64,000 nucleotides of DNA, taken from assembly GCA_001189215.1 (NCBI GenBank), contig LFCR01000002.1, positions 74,677 through 138,676 on the forward strand, read 5' to 3'. Source of the DNA: Parcubacteria bacterium C7867-008 (GTDB lineage: Bacteria > Patescibacteriota > Minisyncoccia > Phycocordibacterales > Phycocordibacteraceae). Under the pieces are notes generated by a model. It was not told the DNA's origin. It did not search any database and worked only from the letters and a program-made list of their open reading frames with translations. Made by a program: the position numbers and the translations under genes. This document shows positions 25,903 through 35,111 of this stretch, piece by piece (positions within the stretch are counted from its first letter, which is position 1; every line of letters begins with the position of its first letter).

Positions 25903-27123
25903 ATGACTCGACGCATTCTCATCATCGCCGCAGCAATCATAGTCATACTTGGTATTGCAGTTGCAGTCTATTTCTTCTTTTTTGCTTCTAAACCAAGTGA
26001 ACTAATAATTGACACAGATCCATTCGGCAACACAGGTGCTGGAAATATTGATGGTTCTGGCTCATTAATAGAAGGGCAGGGAGCAGGTACGGTAGTTGGT
26101 CCTAACTTTGTACGCATCACTGAAGGCCCCGTAGCACTTGGCGTAGCAGCCGTTGATGTAATGATTCCTGACGTTACGGGTGGTGTAAGCACCACGAGCA
26201 GTAGCACACCACTGGTTCCTGACGTGGCGGTACGGTTCATTGATCGCGCAAGTGGGAACATATACAGCTATGTGACGCATGCTCGTACCCTCACTCGTAT
26301 TTCAAATAAGACACTGCCAGGTATTCAAGAAGCATCATGGGTTCCTGATGGCTCACTCGTATATGCACGTTTCATCACCAGTGACTCAGAGTCTGGAGAA
26401 CATATTGCCACCTATGCACTTCCAGAGAATGGAGAAGGGGGTTACTTTATCGAACAAGATCTTTCTCAAGCGACTGTTGTTGGTTCCACCGGCCTCTTTA
26501 CGCTCGTTACGAGCACAGGTGGTAGTGTAGGCACTATTGCTAAAGCAGACAGTACTGGAGCGAAGACACTCTTCACGTCTCTTATTTCATCTCTCATCGT
26601 CTATCCTTCAACTGGTACGTACTTTGCACACACAAAGGCCTCAAGCCAGACCGATGGATACGGCTTCCAGATAACCAACGGTTCATTTAATCGTGTACTT
26701 GGTCCATTACGTGGCCTCTCACTCCTTCCAAGTCCTTCAGGAAAGTCTCTTCTTTATAATTATGTAAGTGGCGGAGTTACGTACCTCGCAGTTATCGATC
26801 TTGCGAATCGAAACGCAACAGCACTTCCACTCGCTACTCTTAGTGAGAAGTGTGTGTGGGCAAGCGAGGTAACCGTATATTGTGGCGTTCCAACCACACT
26901 GAGTGGCTCAGCAATACCTGAAGATTGGTACCAAGGTGCTACCACCTTCTCAGATCGTATCTGGCGTATTGATATGACCGCTCGTGTCGCTACTCTTGTG
27001 ATTGATCCAACGCAAGTAGCGAAGACCTCTATTGATGCCGTTGCTCTCACCACAGACCCTAAAGAAGATGTGCTTGTGTTCACCGACAAGAGGACGGGCT
27101 CGCTTTGGTTATACGATCTCTAG
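25903..27123 (+). CDS. N-terminally anchored hypothetical protein (likely beta-propeller/surface)
   Basis: TM anchor ILIIAAAIIVILGIAVAVYFFFF; last gene of the plus-strand cluster. Confidence 0.45.
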   Translation: MTRRILIIAAAIIVILGIAVAVYFFFFASKPSELIIDTDPFGNTGAGNIDGSGSLIEGQGAGTVVGPNFVRITEGPVALGVAAVDVMIPDVTGGVSTTSSSTPLVPDVAVRFIDRASGNIYSYVTHARTLTRISNKTLPGIQEASWVPDGSLVYARFITSDSESGEHIATYALPENGEGGYFIEQDLSQATVVGSTGLFTLVTSTGGSVGTIAKADSTGAKTLFTSLISSLIVYPSTGTYFAHTKASSQTDGYGFQITNGSFNRVLGPLRGLSLLPSPSGKSLLYNYVSGGVTYLAVIDLANRNATALPLATLSEKCVWASEVTVYCGVPTTLSGSAIPEDWYQGATTFSDRIWRIDMTARVATLVIDPTQVAKTSIDAVALTTDPKEDVLVFTDKRTGSLWLYDL

Positions 27124-27145
27124 TAGGAGTTAAGAAAAAACCGCT

Positions 27146-27883
27146 CTAAGCGGTTTTTTCTTCTTCAAGTACCACTTGGGGTAGTTTCCGTATAAGAAGT
27201 TCTTGAGCAAGAGTGAATAGGCTTGTGGTGATGAAATAGAGTGCAATTGCTCCAGAAGATACATATGCAATACCACCTATGAAGACCGGTAATAGATATC
27301 GCATCTGAATAGCCATAGTGCGATTGAACTGTTCTGATGTGGTCGCGTTCTTTCCAACCTTTGGAATAGGCATAGCGTACTTAGCCTGAAGGAATTGAGT
27401 TCCTGCCGCAACAACGGCAAGTATCACGTTGTGACTCGTGAGAGTAAAGAAGCCGAGGAACAAGAAGGAAACGGTTTCAGGAACGGCAACAAATGAGTAG
27501 AGCAGGGCAGTATCAACCCCAACGAGCTCACGCTGGAACACAAGATACAGTGCAATAACAACAGGAAGCTGGATAAGCAGCGCAAGAATACTCGAAAAAG
27601 GATTGATCTTGTACTTCTTATAGAGTGCAAACGTCTCTTTTGCCTGAGTTTCCTTATCATCCTTGTATTTCTCCTGTAGTTCCTTGAATTTAGGCTGTAT
27701 AACCTGCATTGCTCGAGAAGTTCGTAGAGCAGAGACCGTAAGAGGGAGGATAGCGAGCTTAACAATGATCGTTACAATGATCACCGCCAGACCCAAATCA
27801 CCGCCCGGGAGTACATCCACGAGCGCAATAAGGAGATTATAAATAGGAACAAATAAGTAGGTGTGGAATAGATTGCCGATCAT
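27146..27883 (-). CDS. yidC: membrane protein insertase YidC/Oxa1 (short form)
   Basis: Five TM helices with conserved IIVKLAILPLT and KINPFSSILALLIQLPV; sits in the rpmH-rnpA-yidC context. Confidence 0.8.
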   Translation of the reverse strand: MIGNLFHTYLFVPIYNLLIALVDVLPGGDLGLAVIIVTIIVKLAILPLTVSALRTSRAMQVIQPKFKELQEKYKDDKETQAKETFALYKKYKINPFSSILALLIQLPVVIALYLVFQRELVGVDTALLYSFVAVPETVSFLFLGFFTLTSHNVILAVVAAGTQFLQAKYAMPIPKVGKNATTSEQFNRTMAIQMRYLLPVFIGGIAYVSSGAIALYFITTSLFTLAQELLIRKLPQVVLEEEKTA

Positions 27884-28218
27884 GTAGGTTCCATAGTACC
27901 GGAAGGGAAGGATTGTTGTAAGAGTGTAGTAAGTTCCACCTCCATTTCAGAGAAAGGGAGTTCGGCTGCCCCGGGTCGTGCATGAATGATTATTACCCTC
28001 CCAGACACACACCAAGGCTTGGTTATGGCCTTAATACGGCGCTTAAGCTGATGCCGGTCCACTGATTTCTTGGCTACCTTCTTAGAAACCACCACCGCAC
28101 CCCCTGAAATAGGGGCAGATTGTATGTAGGCCATAGAAAAATACCGGCTAGCGGTACGTCGCAGGCCGGTATTCTGCTCAAAACCGGCCCTAGGGAGGCG
28201 GTTGGAGCGTGAAAGCAT
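27880..28218 (-). CDS. rnpA: ribonuclease P protein component
   Basis: KKVAKKSVDRHQLKRRIK basic motif; start overlaps rpmH stop. Confidence 0.8.
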   Translation of the reverse strand: MLSRSNRLPRAGFEQNTGLRRTASRYFSMAYIQSAPISGGAVVVSKKVAKKSVDRHQLKRRIKAITKPWCVSGRVIIIHARPGAAELPFSEMEVELTTLLQQSFPSGTMEPT

Positions 28219-28370
28219 TAGCGTACTTTCTTAGAGACAGTAAGGCTGGCACGGCCCTTACGGCGACGTGCGAGGAGCACACGACGTCCGGTAGGGGTAG
28301 CTGAACGAGCACGGAAACCGTGGGTTCGTGCGCGCTTACGCTTCTTTGGCTGGTAGGTGCGCTTAGGCAT
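28218..28370 (-). CDS. rpmH: 50S ribosomal protein L34
   Basis: Reverse-complement translates [50 protein letters not shown]; the ORF-track entry 28190..28384 is a different frame and is spurious. Confidence 0.85.
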   Translation of the reverse strand: MPKRTYQPKKRKRARTHGFRARSATPTGRRVLLARRRKGRASLTVSKKVR

Positions 28371-28376
28371 AGGAAG

Positions 28377-28385
28377 TTATACACA
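28377..28385 (+). promoter_or_regulatory. DnaA box (TTATACACA, 1 mismatch)
   Basis: In rpmH/dnaA divergent intergenic region. Confidence 0.5.
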
Positions 28386-28436
28386 GGATACTAACAGGTT
28401 GCGCTCTGGCGTGCAAGAAAAGCCCTATCTTTGTGG

Positions 28437-28445
28437 TTATCCACA
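28437..28445 (+). promoter_or_regulatory. DnaA box (TTATCCACA, perfect consensus)
   Basis: 23 nt upstream of dnaA ATG; overlaps inverted TGTGGTTAT. Confidence 0.65.
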
Positions 28446-28467
28446 GGCCTGTATACAATGAGCGTAC

Positions 28468-29817
28468 ATGAATCGCTCTGATCCACATGAACTTTGGGAA
28501 TACATTCTGATGCAGGTCGAGTTATCTATATCTGCAGCTAATTTCAACACCTGGTTCAAGTCGAGCAGCATCGTAAAGATAGAGGATGGCATTGTATACA
28601 TTGGTGTTCAGAGCCCCTTCTTCAAAGACTGGTATCAAAAGCATTTTCACACCCTTCTTCTTAAGATAGTGCGTGATGTATCTATTGAGTTCCGTAATAT
28701 TGAGTATCAAATCGTAAAAGATATTGCTCGTAAACCAAAGGAACAGCGTAGTCGTCGTGAGCCAACACCTGAACTTCCTCTCAATGAGTTCTATATCAAC
28801 AAGAGCGATAATCTAAACCCTCGATATACGTTTGATACCTTCGTGGTGGGTTCATTTAATGAGTTAGCTCATACCGCTGCGATGGCAGCCATTGCGCGCC
28901 CTGGTATAACATACAACCCGCTCTTTATTTATGGTGATACCGGACGTGGAAAGACTCACCTTATTCAGTCTATTGGTAACCAGTACAAGAAACAGTATCC
29001 AAATCGTAAGGTGTTCTACCTAACATCTGAGAAGTTCGGTACTGACTATACCGATTCACTCCAGCAGGGAACCGCAAACCGTTTTAAGGAGAAGTATCGT
29101 CAGTATGATCTTCTGATCATGGACGATGTGCAGTTCCTTTCTCGTAAGGAGAAGATGCAGGAAGAACTCTTCCATCTCTTCAACACGCTCTACGACAACA
29201 ACAAGCAGATTGTATTCTCCTCAGATCGTGCACCTATCGCTATTCCAGACATTGCAGACCGTCTTCGTGGACGCTTCGTATCTGGCATGACCGTTGATAT
29301 TGGTGAACCAGACAACGAGTCTCGTATCGCTATCGTACGAAAGAAGGCTGCAATGAACGGTATTACGCTTTCTGATGAAGTGGCTGAATATATCGCTACT
29401 TCAGTAACAGGGTCTATTCGAGAACTGGAGGGCGTACTCAATTCAGTGGTCTGCCATACACAAGTGAAAGGTATTCCACCAGACATTGCAGAGGTTCGTC
29501 AGTCTCTTCGTTCCTTCTCTCGCCCTTCTAAAACAGTATCGGTTAAGCATGTGGTCTCTAAGATTGCTGAGTTCTACGGTATTGAGGAGGAAAGTATCTA
29601 TGAGAAGACTCGTAGAAGGGAAGTAGTACGTCCACGCCAGGTGATTATGTACATTCTTCGTGAAGACTTTAGTGTTTCATACCCAACTATTGGCTCTAAA
29701 CTCGGTGGTAGAGACCACACCACCGTCATTCACTCCTGCGAAAAGGTTAAGAGAGAAGTCGCAGAAGATACTGAGCTCGCAAAAGAGATTCAGGATATTC
29801 GTACCTTGTTAGTCTAG
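28468..29817 (+). CDS. dnaA: chromosomal replication initiator protein DnaA
   Basis: Walker A GDTGRGKTHL, Walker B LLIMDDVQF, sensor and C-terminal DNA-binding helix KLGGRDHTTVIHSCEKV. Confidence 0.9.
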   Translation: MNRSDPHELWEYILMQVELSISAANFNTWFKSSSIVKIEDGIVYIGVQSPFFKDWYQKHFHTLLLKIVRDVSIEFRNIEYQIVKDIARKPKEQRSRREPTPELPLNEFYINKSDNLNPRYTFDTFVVGSFNELAHTAAMAAIARPGITYNPLFIYGDTGRGKTHLIQSIGNQYKKQYPNRKVFYLTSEKFGTDYTDSLQQGTANRFKEKYRQYDLLIMDDVQFLSRKEKMQEELFHLFNTLYDNNKQIVFSSDRAPIAIPDIADRLRGRFVSGMTVDIGEPDNESRIAIVRKKAAMNGITLSDEVAEYIATSVTGSIRELEGVLNSVVCHTQVKGIPPDIAEVRQSLRSFSRPSKTVSVKHVVSKIAEFYGIEEESIYEKTRRREVVRPRQVIMYILREDFSVSYPTIGSKLGGRDHTTVIHSCEKVKREVAEDTELAKEIQDIRTLLV

Positions 29818-30058
29818 TTGTGAATAAAGTCTGGGGATTTCCTGTGGAGATCCTGGAGATAGAGTAGGGAAGAACTATGTGGAGAAGTATCTGACAGACG
29901 TATAATTTTCCCCACCTACCAACCACACTCCGCACTATCCCCAGTAGTTCTCCGCGCCTTTCACACAGCTTGAATGAAACCTGCGTAAGCGTTTGGGACC
30001 GTATATACTAGAGATATCGCTCTTTCCCCAGTGTCCACACCCCTAATAATAAAGAATC

Positions 30059-31159
30059 ATGATTATCAATATAGAAAAAAAAGAATTCTCTGAAGCAGTA
30101 AGTCGCGTGTCTCGATTTGCTGAGAGAAAGTCTGCAACATTACCGGTACTCGCAGGCATCGCTATTGTTGCCGGTGATGATGGTATCAAGCTTCGTGCAA
30201 CGAATCTTGAGACGGGTATTGATTTCAAGATGGGTGGGACTATTGAGCAGCCGGGGGTGGTGGCTCTTCCTGCGGTTACGCTTCGTGAAATAACTAACTC
30301 ATTCTCAGGAACAGGAACAATCAAACTAGAGCACACGGGCGACACCGTCCTTATCTCCTCCTCTGCGGGGCGTAGCGCGCTTAAGACCCTTGCCTACGAA
30401 GATTTCCCCACACTCCCATTCCCTGAAGCTCCTACGGCTAAATTTACGCTTCCAGGAGTATCTATTCGTACACTCGTACTCACTGTTGCTGGTTGTGCGT
30501 CACCTTCTACAGTGCGTCCTGAGCTGGCTAGTGTTCTTCTCTCGGCTGAAGGAGGTTTTGTTAAGGCTGTTGCTACTGATTCGTTCCGTCTTGCTGAGAA
30601 AAAGATTTCCGTAACAGGGTCTGTGGCCCCATTTTCTATACTTATCCCTGCAAAGAATGCGATTGATATCGTACAGACACTTCCCGATACCGATGTGGAG
30701 GTACTTATTGATGAACACCAGTGCGCATTCTCCTGGCCAGGCGGTATTGTTACGACCCGTCTTGTAACGGTTCCATACCCTGACTACACACAGATCATTC
30801 CTAAACAGTTTGTATCTGAAGCAACATTGCTTCGTAAGGACTTTGAAGCTGTACTACGTCGTACTGCAATCTTTTCAGACTCTTTCCAGAAGATTCGTGT
30901 TGGGTTCGCTACTGCAGATAAGAAGATTGCGTTCTCTGCACGTAATAGTGATGTTGGAGAGTCTTCTGAAAGTGTTCCTGCATCACTTTCTGGTGAAGCT
31001 ATTGAGCTTTCATTCAATCATCGCTATCTAGCAGCACCACTATCTCTCGTTAGTTCAGAGAATCTTTCACTATCTGCAGCAGGTATAGGGCGCCCGTTGA
31101 TCATTAAAGGGATAGGAGACAATACGTTCTTGTATCTTGTAATGCCGATGAATCAGTAG
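30059..31159 (+). CDS. dnaN: DNA polymerase III beta subunit (sliding clamp)
   Basis: Directly downstream of dnaA, 366 aa, three-domain clamp pattern ending LVMPMN. Confidence 0.8.
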   Translation: MIINIEKKEFSEAVSRVSRFAERKSATLPVLAGIAIVAGDDGIKLRATNLETGIDFKMGGTIEQPGVVALPAVTLREITNSFSGTGTIKLEHTGDTVLISSSAGRSALKTLAYEDFPTLPFPEAPTAKFTLPGVSIRTLVLTVAGCASPSTVRPELASVLLSAEGGFVKAVATDSFRLAEKKISVTGSVAPFSILIPAKNAIDIVQTLPDTDVEVLIDEHQCAFSWPGGIVTTRLVTVPYPDYTQIIPKQFVSEATLLRKDFEAVLRRTAIFSDSFQKIRVGFATADKKIAFSARNSDVGESSESVPASLSGEAIELSFNHRYLAAPLSLVSSENLSLSAAGIGRPLIIKGIGDNTFLYLVMPMNQ

Positions 31160-31196
31160 TGCGTTTTTCCCACACTCTGTGAAGTAGAATAAATCC

Positions 31197-32159
31197 ATGA
31201 AGGAAACCAGACCCATTTTTTTGATCGCTCTGGTTCTTGTTGCTGTATGTAGTGCTGTTGGGTATTTTTTGTATCAAAAACTATCAACAGACTGTAGATT
31301 TGTTGGCTGTAACGATGCTAATGAGAATACAAACATAGTTTCAACTACTTCACCTAAAATTCCAGAAGTGAAACAAAAAACCGAATGGGAATACCATACC
31401 TATGGTGATTTTAATATTCCTATTCCAAAAGGATGGACTTCGTTTGAAGGAAGTAAAGATGGAGGGTACGGAAGTCTAGCGGTATATTCAAAAACTGATT
31501 CAAGTGATCGTTACGATATAAGACTTATAAAGTCATCAAGATACGTAACTGGCCCGGATGAAGTTGAAGAAGAAGCATTGTTAGACGGAACTATGGTAAA
31601 GGGTGTAATACGTACGTTGCCTGCACTCGGATCGAATGTACATATGTACAAAAACAAAGAAGATCCAACACACAATCTCTATGTCGTGTTTACAACCCGC
31701 GGGGGTTTAGAGATCTCTTACTACACGAAAAGCAGTATTAATGGAAATGATGTTCTGGATAATATATCGTTTGTATCTAATCATTCAACAGAAAATACTG
31801 CTGTTCCGCCAAATCTTGAATATATAGGATCACACTTCAGTCGCGATACAAAGAATGTATATTTTTATGGAAAGATTGTACCAAATGCTGATCCAGCAAC
31901 GTTTTCTGTTATTAAACAAGGGAAGGGTTTAAAAACAATTGTTGCAAAAGATAGTAATTACGTTTTTCAGAATTCACTTTACCAATCGGTTACGACTATA
32001 CCTGGTGCAGATCCAACGACATTCAAGATTTCAACTACTCAGGCTGATTACGCGCATGACCAGTATCACAGCTATAAATATGGTTTATTTCCTGACGCGC
32101 AATCAGAACAAGGGCCGTATGGGTATTATCTTATTGGAAGCCAAATCATATTCGATTAA
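31197..32159 (+). CDS. membrane-anchored hypothetical protein
   Basis: N-terminal TM IFLIALVLVAVCSAVGYFLY; Tyr/Asn-rich extracellular domain. Confidence 0.45.
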   Translation: MKETRPIFLIALVLVAVCSAVGYFLYQKLSTDCRFVGCNDANENTNIVSTTSPKIPEVKQKTEWEYHTYGDFNIPIPKGWTSFEGSKDGGYGSLAVYSKTDSSDRYDIRLIKSSRYVTGPDEVEEEALLDGTMVKGVIRTLPALGSNVHMYKNKEDPTHNLYVVFTTRGGLEISYYTKSSINGNDVLDNISFVSNHSTENTAVPPNLEYIGSHFSRDTKNVYFYGKIVPNADPATFSVIKQGKGLKTIVAKDSNYVFQNSLYQSVTTIPGADPTTFKISTTQADYAHDQYHSYKYGLFPDAQSEQGPYGYYLIGSQIIFD

Positions 32160-32178
32160 GAACTACATATTCATTGGT

Positions 32179-32430
32179 ATGAAAAGCCTTGCAGATCTAC
32201 TACTAAATCACAAAGTACCTGGTGTACGAGACGCACAAATACGACATGCCATTGCTGAGGAGTTGAGTACTCTACTAAATATCACGATTGAACCTAAACA
32301 AGTGAAATATAAAGATGCGGATTTGGTACTTGCGGTACCTCCAGTGGTTAAGTCGGTAATAAAGTTGAGGACAGAAGAGATTATAGAAATACTTAAGAGA
32401 CGAGATATAAGAGTTACAACAATAAAATAA
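32179..32430 (+). CDS. DUF721/DciA-like small protein (83 aa)
   Basis: Position right after dnaN; DADLVLAVPPVVKSVIKLRTEEIIEIL resembles the DUF721 core; start set at ATG 32179. Confidence 0.4.
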   Translation: MKSLADLLLNHKVPGVRDAQIRHAIAEELSTLLNITIEPKQVKYKDADLVLAVPPVVKSVIKLRTEEIIEILKRRDIRVTTIK

Positions 32431-32460
32431 CAGCGGACTAAATGTCCGCTGTTATTTTAT
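32429..32460. terminator. bidirectional terminator (AACAGCGGAC-TAAAT-GTCCGCTGTT)
   Basis: Perfect 10-bp stem followed by ATTTTATTTG; between convergent genes. Confidence 0.8.
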
Positions 32461-32466
32461 TTGTTT

Positions 32467-34671
32467 CTACTGTCCTCCAATATCTGTTCCATCGATACCA
32501 ACTGCTGGGGTTGAAGTCCCGCCTTGAACTGTTGGTGCAAGTTGTGCGCCACCAGCAATCCAGTTGCCGATAGGGTATTCCCAGTATGCATACTGTGCAT
32601 CGCCCACTGAGCTGCCGCCCCCCATAGGATTGTTCTTGTTCACCCAGTACAAGATGTCGTGCATAGAAGAACCATCGGTGTAGATACCACGGAGTGCTGC
32701 AGGCGCACTATCTGCAATTGCAGGAGGTTCAGGGAATACTTCGTTTGGGTACTTGTTAAGTGCGAAGTTCATAACCTCATGCCACATAGGAGCAACAATG
32801 TATCCGGCGATCTCCTTCACCATCGGAGTATTGTCGTTGTTCCCTGCCCAAACACCAATAGCAATCGATGGAGTGTATCCAACGGTCCATGCATCACGTG
32901 ATTCGTTAGTGGTACCGGTCTTAGCAGCCACATCGTAGCCGGGGAAGGTGAATGGATTCACAGGAGGATACTCAGGTTGACGTGCCTGATTATTTGAAAG
33001 CATAGAGGAAATACCATGTGCAATCTCAGGAGCAATAACCTGTTTCGTATCTTCCTTATATTCTTCAAGTGTCTTACCTGTCTTGTCCGTGATGCGAAGG
33101 ATACCGGTTGGGGTGTTGAGTTTACCGTCGTTAGCGAATGCCCCATATGCACCAACAAGATCAAGGAGACGTACTTCAGCAGCACCAAGCGCTAGTGAGA
33201 GACCATAATCTGATGGTTTTCCGAGCGTTGAGATACCCATGTCTTTTGCGAGAGTGAGAACATTAGGAATACCAGTAAGGTACATCGCTTTAACGGCAGG
33301 AACGTTAATAGATTGTGCGAGTGCGGTAGTGAAGGTCATCGGACCACGGAACTTTCCATCATAATTACCCGGTGCGTAACACGGTGCCGTACCATTGAAG
33401 TTATCTGATGGTGAACAGGTGGTTGAGAACTGAGTAGGGAGGTCGAACACGGAAGTGAGAGGTGTGTATCCCTTCTGAAGAGCTGCTGCGTATACGAATG
33501 GTTTGAACGACGAACCTGGCTGACGTTCAGCAAGCGCAATGTTGTAGTTACCATCGATGTTCTTGTCGAAGTAATCTCGTGAACCAACCATGGCGAGGAT
33601 CTGTCCCGTCTTTGGATCAATAGCCACTAACGCTGCGTTACTTGCATTGAACTTCTTTTCATTAATAAGCGCGTACTGATTAACCGTCGTTTCTGCTTGG
33701 TGCTGCAGATCAGCATCGATGGTAGTGAGGACATTAAGACCTTGTGTTGCAACATCGGAACCATACTTGTTTTCAAGATACTGCTCAATATAGAAGACAA
33801 AGTGAGGCGCAAGAATCGTATTGTTCTGCTGGCGACTAAACACGACCACCTCATCCTTTGCTTGCTGATACTGCTCGTCAGTTATATAGCCGAGTTCCTT
33901 CATGCGCTTTAGAACAAGGTTCTTGCGTACATCAAGTGATGCGCGATTGTTGCCGTACGGAGAGTAGTAGGTAGGTAGCTGCGGGATAGCTGCCATGTAT
34001 GCAGCTTCTGCAATATCTAGATCCTTTGCAGACTTCCCAAAGAATGTGCGACTAGCTACTTCAGCGCCATACATAGTTCCTCCGTAGGGGGCTACGTTGA
34101 AATAGAACTCAAGAATTTCCTCCTTGGTATATCGTTGCTCAAACTTAATAGCCAGAATCCACTCTTGCACCTTACGGGTAATAGACTTCTGTCCTGAAAG
34201 AATCGTATTCTTCACCACCTGCTGTGTGATAGTTGAACCACCTTGCGCGAAGGAGAGTTGAGTAATGTCCTTATATATAGAACGTGCGATACCGGTGAAT
34301 GAAATACCCCCATGCTTATAAAAGTCTGAGTCTTCAATAGAAATGGTTGCTTGTTGGAGGTATGGAGAAATATCTGCAAGCGGTACCACATTACGCTTCA
34401 CATCATGGTTTAGGTCGTAGAGAACTGTCTTTCCAGTGCGATCATAGAGTTTTGTGGACTGAGCCACCTTTCTTGAATCAAATGAGTTAAGCGCGGGGAT
34501 TGGAGTAAGAGCCACCCAAAGAATACCGGTGCCCATAATAAACAGAGCAATACCGGCCATAATAAAGGATGCTTTGAGGAGAGGGTGAGGATCTTGGAAG
34601 ACTTCCCTGATACTTCTAGTGCGCGAAGATGAACGTGTGTGACGACGTGACATGGCCTGATAGTAGCACAA
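32467..34671 (-). CDS. class A penicillin-binding protein (transglycosylase + transpeptidase)
   Basis: GT51 motif ISIEDSDFYKHGGISFTGIARS, transpeptidase SxxK/KTG region, N-terminal TM anchor. Confidence 0.85.
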   Translation of the reverse strand: MCYYQAMSRRHTRSSSRTRSIREVFQDPHPLLKASFIMAGIALFIMGTGILWVALTPIPALNSFDSRKVAQSTKLYDRTGKTVLYDLNHDVKRNVVPLADISPYLQQATISIEDSDFYKHGGISFTGIARSIYKDITQLSFAQGGSTITQQVVKNTILSGQKSITRKVQEWILAIKFEQRYTKEEILEFYFNVAPYGGTMYGAEVASRTFFGKSAKDLDIAEAAYMAAIPQLPTYYSPYGNNRASLDVRKNLVLKRMKELGYITDEQYQQAKDEVVVFSRQQNNTILAPHFVFYIEQYLENKYGSDVATQGLNVLTTIDADLQHQAETTVNQYALINEKKFNASNAALVAIDPKTGQILAMVGSRDYFDKNIDGNYNIALAERQPGSSFKPFVYAAALQKGYTPLTSVFDLPTQFSTTCSPSDNFNGTAPCYAPGNYDGKFRGPMTFTTALAQSINVPAVKAMYLTGIPNVLTLAKDMGISTLGKPSDYGLSLALGAAEVRLLDLVGAYGAFANDGKLNTPTGILRITDKTGKTLEEYKEDTKQVIAPEIAHGISSMLSNNQARQPEYPPVNPFTFPGYDVAAKTGTTNESRDAWTVGYTPSIAIGVWAGNNDNTPMVKEIAGYIVAPMWHEVMNFALNKYPNEVFPEPPAIADSAPAALRGIYTDGSSMHDILYWVNKNNPMGGGSSVGDAQYAYWEYPIGNWIAGGAQLAPTVQGGTSTPAVGIDGTDIGGQ

Positions 34672-34672
34672 A

Positions 34673-34711
34673 TAAGACCCTGTCTGGCGTACCAGACAGG
34701 GTCTTATTTTG
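34673..34711. terminator. hairpin terminator (AAGACCCTGTCTGG-CGTA-CCAGACAGGGTCTT + ATTTT)
   Basis: 14-bp perfect stem; 3' of minus-strand acidic ORF, 5' of PBP gene. Confidence 0.75.
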
Positions 34712-34725
34712 AGAAAAAGTCTCTC

Positions 34726-34917
34726 TTAGAAGTCCGTTACAGGAGCTTCGTCGTCATCCTGAACACGCATACCGTGTGCTTCAGGATCTTCCTCATCGAG
34801 CTCATCATCATCCTCTCCAGGGATAACTGGAGCATCAATGACGTCCTCCTCCTCTTCAATAAGTGCTGGATCAATTACCCCTTCCTCACCTTCCACCATT
34901 TCATCTTCGTCGTGCAT
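34726..34917 (-). CDS. small highly acidic protein (63 aa, ~50% Asp/Glu), hypothetical
   Basis: ORF MHDEDEMVEGEEGVIDPALIEEEEDVID...; own terminator downstream; no family recognised. Confidence 0.35.
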   Translation of the reverse strand: MHDEDEMVEGEEGVIDPALIEEEEDVIDAPVIPGEDDDELDEEDPEAHGMRVQDDDEAPVTDF

Positions 34918-35111
34918 AGTAGCTACATTTAAATCTGTTCATGTACCGGTTTGTTCCGGTCAGCCTCTGTATAGTCGTAAACCTTGGGATCTTTTGCAAG
35001 AGTCTTAGTGCAAGCGTGTGGATAAGACCAATACTTTTATTTAGTTCTCTCCTGCAAATGAGCATAATGCAATGCAGTAAATGATGCCTTAATGAAAAGG
35101 CAATAAAGAGA

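Noticed and set aside
28190-28384. Track ORF on the minus strand ([12 protein letters not shown]...)
   Set aside because: Wrong frame. The same DNA in another frame encodes a canonical ribosomal protein L34.
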